DNA of 40,783 nt from Thermoleophilaceae bacterium (GCA_050693815.1 JBOGXS010000050.1:1-40783), one strand, 5' to 3'; positions 7,522 to 14,576 are shown, counted from the first letter of the stretch. The notes: a model not told the origin generated them from the letters alone. Program-made: numbers and translations.

Positions 7522-9963
7522 TCAGGTGAGAGAGCCGAGCGGCGGCACCGAAGCGGGACCGGCCCGGTCGAGCCAATCGGCAGGGGGGGCGTGGCCGGGG
7601 CGCCATTCCGAGCGGTGCCCGGACGCAGGCCCGCTCGGGACGTTCCACGCTCGGCCGAGCAGGACATAGCGGAGGGCGTCGAGACAATTGCGGACGAGAA
7701 CGCCGTTCGCCAGGTACTCGGGGCGCCCGTAGACGGTGAGCGCGTAAACGTCAGCGCTGGGCGCGGGCGAGCTTCCCGCCACACGAACGGGAACAAGTCT
7801 GAATCCGGGCATAGCGGTTGACGCGGAAGATCGCTTCACACCAAGCGCAGGTGCGGTCTTTATCGTCAACTCCGCCGGCGCGGCGCCACGCCGCCTTGCA
7901 TGCGTTCGAGCAGAAGCGGTTTGAGTCGCGACGGACGATGGAGTCGAACTCCGCTCCGCATTCCTCGCAGACGTGGCGAACAGGCTCACGCTTGGCCCAT
8001 GCCGCCTGGCCGTGTTGACGATGCCATTCACGGCCTTCCGGCGAGCGGTGCCATGCTTTCGTGAGCGATCGAATCGACGCCGCGTGGTCGCGCGATGCCG
8101 CTGCACGCTCCTCGGTCCAATGCTCGGCGGCGTGCTCTGCGGGCGACAGGCAGACGAGGTTGGGGAGGTCGTTGTTGAGGGGGTTACCGTCGCGGTGGTG
8201 GACGTGGTGGCGGTCGGGGATCGCCCCGTTGTGCGCCTTCCAAATCTCGCGGTGAAGGTAGTCCACGCCCTGCTTGCGATCCGCAATCCCCGGCGTGTAG
8301 TAGACCCGGTTCGTTCGGTGCGGAGAATCGGGGTAGCGGTAGAAGCGCTTGCCGTTGAAGATGACGACTTCGGCCATGTGAGGACCATATCACCGTAACG
8401 AAGAGCATCCAAGCGTCTAAAGCCCTGGCCCTGGACCCAAACCGGGTGGTCGTCGGTGCCTCTGAGCGTTCGGCCGTCTTCGAGGCGCAGCACGCGCGTG
8501 GGCGCGGTTCGCGTCCTTGCGGCTGCGATCACGGGCGCGTAGCCATCCCGAGTCCACACTCGATCGGCGAGCTTCACGTCCTCGACCGGAACTTCTCCCC
8601 GCTCCGTGCGGATCAGGGTGCCAGCGACGAAGCAATGGTCGTCGCGCTTCACCGCCGCGAACTCGTCGGAGGAGCTGGGGTCCTTGCGATAGCGACCGAA
8701 CTCCCAAATCAGGGTGGGGCAGTCGCGGGAGACCGCGAGGCCCTTGTGCTGAAGGCGGCGCTTGACCTCGAAGATGCCGGCGGCGCGGTCGTTTTGGCCG
8801 GGGATCGTCGGCACGCCCGCGCGCAGGTAGGCCGACTCGATCGCCTCGGCGTTGATCGTCTGGCGGTTGCGGGCCGAGGGGTCGATGACCGCGTAGGCGG
8901 GCTGGATGCCCCAGGCGGCGTTCACCGCCTTGATCTTGCGCGCCACCTCCTCGACGGTCTCCTGGGCGGGGTAGAGCTCGCAGAAGACGAGCCCTGTGTT
9001 GTCCTGGTCGAAGGCCACCCACACGACCCCGGTGCGGTTGAGGCCGGGGTCAATGCCGAGCACGATCGTCTGCTCGCGGACGTGCTCGGGGCTCGGCGGC
9101 TCGATCAGATGGTCGTCTGAGAACTCGGGGTAAAACAGCCCCGAGAAGTGGACGAAACGCCCTTCCTTTCGCGCCTGGCGCTCCTCATTGGAGAGCGAGG
9201 CGAAGAACTCGGCCAGCGCCTGCTGGTTGATGTGGGGGTTCTCGGTCGAATCGACTTGGACGATCGCGATCTCGGGGTCGAGGCGGTGCTCCCAGATCAC
9301 GTCGTAAGACCACGAGAGCCCGAACAGCGGCGTCCAGGTCATCTTGAAGTCGCCGTCGTAGTCGACCAGGCGGGCGAGGTTCTCGTGAAAGAGCGCCAGC
9401 CCCTTCTCGCCCTCCGGCTCCTCATCGAAGTGACAGAAGTGAAGCGCGGCGCCGGAATGGGAGTCGAGGTCTTGATCGAACGAAAGGAACTGCAGGGTCG
9501 AGCCGTTGGCGAACTCCAGTATCCGCCGCTGCTTGGAGAACGCCGACTCCCAGGAGCCGTCGCGCAACTGCGCCTTGGGCACCCACTCACGGATCGCGGG
9601 GAAGATCACCTGCTCGATGTTCTCGTTGAACTTCGGCGCCACAATCCGCCCGAAGGTCGGCGGCTCCCACTTCTTGTAGGGGCGCAGGTGGGCGGGGAGG
9701 CAGTCCTCGTCCACGAGCTGGATCAAGTCATCGACCACGCCGCCCGCGGTCTTGCCCGAGCGGTTGCCCCCGACCAGGCCCTTGATCTTCGCCCTCTGCG
9801 CGTGGAAGGTGAGCTGCTTGGGGTGGCGTCGGGGGGAGTCGGGGTGGTTGTAGCGAAGCAGCGGGTTGAGCTCGTGGGCGTGGCGGTACTCGGCCAACAG
9901 CTCCTCGGCTTCCTTTCGCTGCTCGTCGGGGAGGGCGGCGAGGCGCCGCAGGTCGATGTTCAT
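7522..9963 (-). CDS. terL: terminase large subunit precursor (813 aa; about 497 aa after intein removal)
   Basis: The true start is the ATG at 9963, in an ATGA overlap with the upstream gene. The 69-codon extension in the track is Arg-rich junk. Motifs present: Walker A VGGNRSGKT, Walker B HFCHFDEEP, and nuclease motifs IDPGLNR and DDH / CLDALRY. The gene is interrupted by an intein at 7687..8634. Confidence 0.95.
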   Translation of the reverse strand: MNIDLRRLAALPDEQRKEAEELLAEYRHAHELNPLLRYNHPDSPRRHPKQLTFHAQRAKIKGLVGGNRSGKTAGGVVDDLIQLVDEDCLPAHLRPYKKWEPPTFGRIVAPKFNENIEQVIFPAIREWVPKAQLRDGSWESAFSKQRRILEFANGSTLQFLSFDQDLDSHSGAALHFCHFDEEPEGEKGLALFHENLARLVDYDGDFKMTWTPLFGLSWSYDVIWEHRLDPEIAIVQVDSTENPHINQQALAEFFASLSNEERQARKEGRFVHFSGLFYPEFSDDHLIEPPSPEHVREQTIVLGIDPGLNRTGVVWVAFDQDNTGLVFCELYPAQETVEEVARKIKAVNAAWGIQPAYAVIDPSARNRQTINAEAIESAYLRAGVPTIPGQNDRAAGIFEVKRRLQHKGLAVSRDCPTLIWEFGRYRKDPSSSDEFAAVKRDDHCFVAGTLIRTERGEVPVEDVKLADRVWTRDGYAPVIAAARTRTAPTRVLRLEDGRTLRGTDDHPVWVQGQGFRRLDALRYGDMVLTWPKSSSSTASASTATPILRTERTGSTTRRGLRIASRAWTTFTARFGRRTTGRSPTATTSTTATVTPSTTTSPTSSACRPQSTPPSIGPRSVQRHRATTRRRFDRSRKHGTARRKAVNGIVNTARRHGPSVSLFATSARNAERSSTPSSVATQTASARTHARRRGAAPAELTIKTAPALGVKRSSASTAMPGFRLVPVRVAGSSPAPSADVYALTVYGRPEYLANGVLVRNCLDALRYVLLGRAWNVPSGPASGHRSEWRPGHAPPADWLDRAGPASVPPLGSLT
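7687..8634 (-). mobile_element. intein (316 codons) in the TerL nuclease domain
   Basis: Cys1 is TGC at 8634-8632. Block A is CFVAGTLIRTERGEVPVEDV and block B is GTDDHPVWV. Blocks F/G read DVYALTVYGRPEYLANGVLVRN. Asn is at 7689-7687 and Cys+1 is TGT at 7686-7684. The exteins join as ...AVKRDDH|CLDALRYVL. Confidence 0.9.
7751..8377 (-). CDS. HNH endonuclease (208 aa), nested inside the intein in a different reading frame
   Basis: It has its own ATG and TGA. The HNH core is HHVHHRDGNPLNNDLPNLVCLSPAEH, followed by two CxxC...CxxxC zinc modules. (8377-7522+1) is not divisible by 3, so the gene is out of frame with terL. Confidence 0.85.
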   Translation of the reverse strand: MAEVVIFNGKRFYRYPDSPHRTNRVYYTPGIADRKQGVDYLHREIWKAHNGAIPDRHHVHHRDGNPLNNDLPNLVCLSPAEHAAEHWTEERAAASRDHAASIRSLTKAWHRSPEGREWHRQHGQAAWAKREPVRHVCEECGAEFDSIVRRDSNRFCSNACKAAWRRAGGVDDKDRTCAWCEAIFRVNRYARIQTCSRSCGGKLARAQR

Positions 9964-10427
9964 GAGCACACCCAGTTGCTCGCCCCGGCGCCGCCGTCGT
10001 ATAGCCGCGCCGCGATCCGATGGTGAGCGCGCTTGTCGACGACGTCGGCGATAGGGAACGGCCTCCCCCACATCGGCATGAGCTGGTACGGCCCGGCAGC
10101 CCCCGAGCCGTTGTAGGCGCCCCACGAGCCGCCCGACTCGCAGGCGACGATGTAGGCGGGGATCGCCCAACAGCCCCCGAGCCCGCTGTAGACGGTGACG
10201 CCCGCGATGCAGTCCGAGCGCTGTTGGCGACGGTGGCGCTCGAAGCGGCGCTCTCGGCGGTCGCGGTAGCGCCCGATCGCAAGCCGCACCGGGCGGTGGA
10301 GGATCGCTCGCCGGTGAGCCTGCCAGCGGCGCTTCTCGCCTGGGCGCACCGGGGTCGGGTCGCGCCAGCGGTCGAGGTCGTGCGCGCGGCGGATCAGCGC
10401 CTTCGCCCGGTGGCGGTGGTGGGCCAT
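9960..10427 (-). CDS. Rpf/transglycosylase-like domain protein with a basic N-terminus (155 aa from the ATG; possibly longer)
   Basis: The segment IPAYIVACESGGSWGAYNGSGAAGPYQLMPMW matches the CESGG...Q transglycosylase-like (Rpf) signature. The stop overlaps the terL ATG (ATGA). A signal-peptide-like segment lies upstream in frame but has no canonical start codon (see findings). Confidence 0.65.
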   Translation of the reverse strand: MAHHRHRAKALIRRAHDLDRWRDPTPVRPGEKRRWQAHRRAILHRPVRLAIGRYRDRRERRFERHRRQQRSDCIAGVTVYSGLGGCWAIPAYIVACESGGSWGAYNGSGAAGPYQLMPMWGRPFPIADVVDKRAHHRIAARLYDGGAGASNWVCS

Positions 10428-10553
10428 CGGCTTGGCGTCGCGGGTGTAAGGGGTCTTGTCGGTATCGAGGTGGGCGCTCGCGGGCGCGCCTGAGAGCGCA
10501 GTCGCAAGCGCCGCTATGACGAGCGGCGTCGGTTGGATTGCGTTCCCTTCTGG

Positions 10554-12290
10554 CTAGAGCCCGAGAGAGACCCTGCGGGCTTCGGGCTCGGAGAGGTCGA
10601 GCGAGTAGTCGCCGAGGTCGGCGGGGGCGTTCCTGCGCCGGACGGAGAGCAGCTTCGCGTGGCGCTGGGCGGGGGTCGGCCCTCGGCTTCGGCGGCGCTT
10701 GGGCCTGCGCGCGGGCGCCTTTCGCTTACGCTTCGCCGCGGTCGCGGTCGCCTCGTCGGTGAGCGCGGTCGAGGCGGAGGCGGCGCTTGTGGCTGTGGTA
10801 GCGGCGGGCGCGGCACCGCCGGTGAAGACGGCGGGGACGGACGCCGCGGCAGCGGCGCCGACCCACTCAGCGCCCAGGTGGATGTGGTCGTAGTGGCCCT
10901 CGTCCTGCCAGATGAGCTGATAGCGGTAGCCGTCCTTGACGACCTCGTTGGTGCCAGTGTGCGAGGCCATCCCGAGCCGCTTCGCGATCCGCCGGGCGGT
11001 CTTGTCTTCGGGGGGGAGGTCGGCGGCGTAAGAGGACGTGCGCGTGGTCAGGTGGTCGGATGAGATCGAGCCACCGACCGAGGTGTTCTCCTCGGGGGTG
11101 CGCTTGTCGTCTCTGCCCTCCGCGCGGGCTCCCTTCGGAACCACCTCGAGGACCGCCCGCTTGGAGCCCTTCCAGCTTCCAGGCTTGGGCTTCGGGGCCT
11201 TCGGAGCCTTCTGGCCCCGCATGTAGGCCTTGACGATCGGCTTCGCCTCCGTCTTGCGCTCGTCATAGCGTTCGGGGAAGGCCGACCCCTGGATCGCCTG
11301 GGCGAGCTCGCCCGCGGTCATCCCCTTACCGCGCCCGCCGCCCGTGTCGGTGACCGACTCGGCGAAGAAGCGCTTCGCCGACTGGCGCACGTTGCGCGGT
11401 CCCTGCGGCCCGCTGCCGTAGATCGAGGAGCGCTCCTGGCGCCATCCGGTGGAGTCCGCGTCGCCGTAGGCGAGGTTGCGAAACCCCGACTCCACCAGCC
11501 CGGTCTCGGCGGCGGCGAGCAGCTCCTTTCGGGTCGCGCCCGCCTTCTCGCCCTGTTCGAGCACCTTCGCCGCCACCTTGGTCTGCTCGGGGTCGAGCCC
11601 CGGGAGCAGGCGATCCGCGCGGCGATAGGAGCGCTGGGTGCGCTCGACCTTGCGGGCCTTGACCTTCGGCTTCGACGGCGTCTTCGACTTGGCCTTCGCG
11701 GGCTTCGACGGCGCCTTGCGCTTCTGCTTCGGCTTGGCCTTCGGCTTCGGGAGCTTCTGCGGTGAGAGCTTGCGAAGCCGGGCAGGCTTTCGGGCGGCCT
11801 CGGGGGAGACCCTGATCTGGGTGGCGGTGATCTTCACCGGGGGCTTCCGGGTGGAGAGCTTCGGCGAGACGACGACCTTTCGCTTGCGTTCCGCCTTTCG
11901 CCCCAAGTCCAGGTGGCGCTTGACCTTGACCTCGGTCTTTCGCTTCGCCTCATAGGTGTGCTTGACGCGCTTGAAGTCGCGCACTCGCCGACGCTCTCGG
12001 CGTGCCCGGCGGCGCTTCGAGCGAGCGCGGAGGGTGGAGCGCTGCGAAGCAGCCTGCCGGGCACGGCTTCCGCTCAACCCCACGGGGGCTGGGGGCGCGG
12101 AAGTGTCATAGACGGTGGAGGTCCGGGGAGCCCGAAGTGCGCGAGCCTTCTGGCGCTCGGCGCGCTGGGTCGGAGGGACCGTCTGGCCGATCTCGGTCGG
12201 GGTGCGGGTGGCGCGGGGAGTGCGAGTCTGGCGGCGGACCTTGCGCACGTCCTTGCCGCCGAGCGTGGCGCGCAGCGAGGAGTAGGCCAT
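10554..12290 (-). CDS. virion-associated peptidoglycan hydrolase (578 aa): hyper-basic N-terminus, glycosidase-like domain and LAS-type peptidase-like domain
   Basis: The first ~250 aa are K/R-rich. GLVESGFRNLAYGDADSTGWRQERSS...AQAIQGSAFPERY resembles the actinobacterial ES...GD.DS.G..QQR hydrolase family. SSDHLTTRTSSYAADL ... GHYDHIHLG resembles the S-x-H...D / H-x-H zinc-peptidase motifs. It shares the N-terminal motif MAYSSLRATLGGKDVRK with the 1466-aa protein. Confidence 0.6.
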   Translation of the reverse strand: MAYSSLRATLGGKDVRKVRRQTRTPRATRTPTEIGQTVPPTQRAERQKARALRAPRTSTVYDTSAPPAPVGLSGSRARQAASQRSTLRARSKRRRARRERRRVRDFKRVKHTYEAKRKTEVKVKRHLDLGRKAERKRKVVVSPKLSTRKPPVKITATQIRVSPEAARKPARLRKLSPQKLPKPKAKPKQKRKAPSKPAKAKSKTPSKPKVKARKVERTQRSYRRADRLLPGLDPEQTKVAAKVLEQGEKAGATRKELLAAAETGLVESGFRNLAYGDADSTGWRQERSSIYGSGPQGPRNVRQSAKRFFAESVTDTGGGRGKGMTAGELAQAIQGSAFPERYDERKTEAKPIVKAYMRGQKAPKAPKPKPGSWKGSKRAVLEVVPKGARAEGRDDKRTPEENTSVGGSISSDHLTTRTSSYAADLPPEDKTARRIAKRLGMASHTGTNEVVKDGYRYQLIWQDEGHYDHIHLGAEWVGAAAAASVPAVFTGGAAPAATTATSAASASTALTDEATATAAKRKRKAPARRPKRRRSRGPTPAQRHAKLLSVRRRNAPADLGDYSLDLSEPEARRVSLGL

Positions 12291-12413
12291 CTAGCGCCGC
12301 CTGACCTTCACCTTCGGTCTCGTCCTTCGCCCGTAGCGATCAGACCACCGACGCGCCGTCTGCGGGTGAAACTTCCACAAGTAGCGCCGCTGGCGCTCGG
12401 AGCGGAAGGGCAT
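12291..12413 (-). CDS. small basic protein (40 aa)
   Basis: Below the track cutoff. I translated it by hand as MPFRSERQRRYLWKFHPQTARRWSDRYGRRTRPKVKVRRR. Its ATG is 6 nt after the upstream stop, and its TAG abuts the next ATG. The (K/R)S.(A/R)Q.R pattern resembles a small phage protein family. Confidence 0.45.
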   Translation of the reverse strand: MPFRSERQRRYLWKFHPQTARRWSDRYGRRTRPKVKVRRR

Positions 12414-12419
12414 GGCGGC

Positions 12420-13145
12420 TCAGCGAGGCTCGAAGGAGGCGGAGACCCGCCTGCGCCCGCGACGCCGCCGTCGACGGCCTCTCGTGACCATCTGGCGGCC
12501 CTCATCCTTGCCTCCGCGGCGCTTGGGACGCCCGTGACGTGGCACGAACTCGCCGGTTCCCGAGTCATAGCGCTGGCCGGGGCTGTAGGAGCGACGGCGC
12601 TTCCGAAGCTCAGCGAATGCTTCGCGCATGGAGGAGAGCTTCTCCTCGTCGGGGGCCTCGGAGCCCTTCTCGGCGCCGATCCGGTCGGCGAGGCCGGGCT
12701 TGTAGCCGGAGATGTCGCCGTAGGCCTTCTGGCGCCAGTCGGAGCCGAACTGCCCGCGGAGGGAGCGGTTTCTGAGCACCGCGGCGATCTGCTTTCGGCG
12801 CTTGTCCTCGGTGCCCTCCGCGAGCTCAGGGAACTTCGACTTGTTGCCCAGCTCCCGGTGGCGGGCTCTGAGCCGCTTGGTCGAGCGCTCGTTGTAGCGC
12901 GACAGCGGCCCGCCCTGCTCGAAGCTCGCCTGGATGTCACCCTGAGGCTTGCGCTTGCGGCGGGGCCGGCGGGTGTCCGACATCGGACGCAGGGGCCGAC
13001 GTGGCCCGGCGTAGGGGCCGGGCTGGCGGTCGGGGACCGGGCGCCGAGGGCCGGTGTAGGACGGGGGCTGGCGGTCATTGAGCGGGTTGGGGCCGCCGCC
13101 ACGGCCACGAGGGCGCTTGCGGCGGGCGGAGGAGAAGTAAGCCAT
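12420..13145 (-). CDS. hyper-basic virion protein (241 aa)
   Basis: Internal ATG at 13145 (MAYFSSARRKRPRGRGGG...). The upstream part of track ORF 12420..13469 runs through non-coding-looking sequence. Both termini are Arg-rich (C-terminus GRRRRRRGRRR). Confidence 0.55.
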   Translation of the reverse strand: MAYFSSARRKRPRGRGGGPNPLNDRQPPSYTGPRRPVPDRQPGPYAGPRRPLRPMSDTRRPRRKRKPQGDIQASFEQGGPLSRYNERSTKRLRARHRELGNKSKFPELAEGTEDKRRKQIAAVLRNRSLRGQFGSDWRQKAYGDISGYKPGLADRIGAEKGSEAPDEEKLSSMREAFAELRKRRRSYSPGQRYDSGTGEFVPRHGRPKRRGGKDEGRQMVTRGRRRRRRGRRRVSASFEPR

Positions 13146-13295
13146 CGGTCTCTCTCTCTGAATCGAAGGGGCTTTAGGGGGGTTCGTGGTCAGATTTGGC
13201 TCAGGAAGGCGTAAAACGGCATTAGGGGGCGGTGGAGCTGTGAGGGAGGGGTGTATTGATGATTGAAGGGACGAGCGCCCAGACCACGCCCCCGC

Positions 13296-13332
13296 CCCCC
13301 TATGGGTATCCGCATGCCCCCTATGGGTGTCC
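13296..13332 (+). repeat. two 16-bp direct repeats CCCCCTATGGGT(A/G)TCC spaced 21 bp apart
   Basis: Copies at 13296-13311 and 13317-13332, about 150-190 bp upstream of the first gene of the virion operon (start 13145). Confidence 0.6.
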
Positions 13333-13524
13333 AGTCGGACGGGATTCGCACGAGAGTGTGCCCTCGTTGTGCCCTCATGCCTACATCGCCTCACTCGCAG
13401 GGCGCATAGACAAGCGGCGAAGGGAGGAGGTGAACCCCAGCGGTGAACGCTGGCCGGGGTAAAGCTCAAGTGAGGTTGAGGTTCTTTTCAAAGAGGGTCA
13501 GCCTCAGCACGCGGACCCTTCCTC

Positions 13525-13850
13525 GTCTACGCCTCTACGCCTACGCGCCTACGCGCCTACGCGCCTACGCGCCTGCGCGCCTACGCGCCTACGCCCACGC
13601 CTACGCCCAGCGTCTACATGCCTACGTCTACGCGCCTAAGCGCCTACGCCTACGTCAACGCCTACATGCCCAACGCCATGCCACGCCTCGTCTACGCCTA
13701 TGCGTCTACGTCTACGCCTAGCGTCAACGCGTCTATGCGTCTATGCGCAGCGCCTACGCCAACCGTCGACGCCTACGTCGCGCCAACCGTCTGTGCCTCA
13801 CGCCTCACGTCGCGTCGTCGTGTTCCGCGTTGCGTTCCCCGTCTACGTCT
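13525..13850 (+). repeat. strand-specific CTACG-core repeat array, including seven head-to-tail 8-mers
   Basis: CCTACGCG units sit at 13540, 13548, 13556, 13564, (CCTGCGCG at 13572), 13580 and 13588. Degenerate (C/T)CTACG(C/T) copies continue to about 13849. By hand count there are about 19 exact CTACG plus several one-mismatch copies, all on the same strand. Confidence 0.9.
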
Positions 13851-13946
13851 TGATCCCTCTTGCGCCTGATCCCTTCTTGCCTTGTCTCTCTCTTGTCCAG
13901 TCGGAGGGATAGGGAGAAAGGGGCTGGGGGGAAGGGGAGCAGGTAC

Positions 13947-13975
13947 TTGACAAGTAGAGGGAAGGCAGCTAGATT
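13947..13975 (+). promoter_or_regulatory. sigma70-type promoter for the plus-strand island
   Basis: TTGACA (13947-13952), a 17-bp spacer, then TAGATT (13970-13975). It shares the extended TACTTGACA context with two other promoters in the window. Confidence 0.7.
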
Positions 13976-14042
13976 CCCGGCGCGATGAACGAAAGAGGCG
14001 CCGCGCGGCCAGAACCGCCGGCGCCGTGATCCATACGAGGGG

Positions 14043-14540
14043 ATGATCCGCATGGACACCGAGACAGTAGCGCACGCGATGGAACGTGATGAGCGAACGG
14101 CGGCGCGGGAGCGTTGGCGGGCGGCGGGGGGATCGCGGCGTCGACCGCTTCACTCGTTCTCAACCACGCGTGAGCGGGGCGAGCGGCGGGCGGAGCTCAA
14201 GCTCGAGCGGGATGCTGCCTTGGCGCTGCTCGATGATCCCGAATGCCACGCGGCATGGGTCGAAGCCTGCATCCTGAATCCGCACTTGGGGGCGAACAAC
14301 GCCGCGATCGTGGCGGCGAGACTACCGGGCAAGGTGGTCGGCACGGCGCGTTACTGGCGGCGCGTTGGCGCCCGTGTCCACAAGGGCGAGCGGACGGCGT
14401 TGTACTTGACGGGCGGGCCGAACACGCGCTTCGCGCCAGTCGCCGCGTTCGCCGCATGCCAGACATCGGCAGGGCCGGAGCTGGCCGCGATCGAAACCGA
14501 CGATGAGCGGACAGTCTCCAACGACGACATCCCGTTCTGA
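14043..14540 (+). CDS. ArdC_N-like ssDNA-binding domain protein ending in an SSB-type DDIPF tip (165 aa)
   Basis: NNAAIVAARLPGKVVGTARYWRRVGARVHKGERTALYL resembles the N..LI..Q.P....V..F..W...GR.V.KGEK pattern of ArdC N-terminal (DUF1738) domains. The last codons, gac gac atc ccg ttc tga, encode DDIPF. The start could alternatively be the ATG at 14052. Confidence 0.45.
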   Translation: MIRMDTETVAHAMERDERTAARERWRAAGGSRRRPLHSFSTTRERGERRAELKLERDAALALLDDPECHAAWVEACILNPHLGANNAAIVAARLPGKVVGTARYWRRVGARVHKGERTALYLTGGPNTRFAPVAAFAACQTSAGPELAAIETDDERTVSNDDIPF

Positions 14541-14547
14541 AAGCTAC

Positions 14548-14576
14548 TTGACAATCCCTGCGATCTACTGTAAAGT
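14548..14576 (+). promoter_or_regulatory. second sigma70-type promoter inside the island
   Basis: TTGACA (14548-14553), a 17-bp spacer, then TAAAGT (14571-14576), with the same TACTTGACAA context. Confidence 0.65.

Noticed and set aside
7205-7687. The upstream 161 codons of track ORF 6896..7687.
   Set aside because: This part overlaps gene 7204..7509 and the terL 3' end in other frames and reads as R/P/A-rich junk. Only the last 102 codons (from the ATG at 7204) look like a real protein.
9964-10170. The 69-codon N-terminal extension of terL in the track (start at 10170).
   Set aside because: The extension is Arg-rich junk that overlaps the Rpf-like gene in another frame. The ATG at 9963 forms the ATGA coupling overlap used throughout this genome, and the TerL homology begins there.
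13540-13595. Tandem repeat run that could be mistaken for a CRISPR array.
   Set aside because: The units are only 8 bp and directly abut each other with no spacers. There are no cas genes in the window. It is a short tandem or iteron-like array.
13443-13869. Plus-strand ORFs 13443..13721, 13618..13869 and 13700..13912 across the repeat array.
   Set aside because: Their translations (LRAYAPARLRAYAHAYAQRL...) are simply the CTACG repeat read in frame. There is no ribosome-binding site, no codon bias and no partner genes.
13925-13946. GGGGGAAGGGG 11-mer shared between 13930-13940 and 29173-29183, as a possible dedicated regulatory motif.
   Set aside because: It is a G-rich 11-mer with only two copies in a high-GC genome, so chance recurrence is not negligible. 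I mention it only as context for the polypyrimidine-tract finding.
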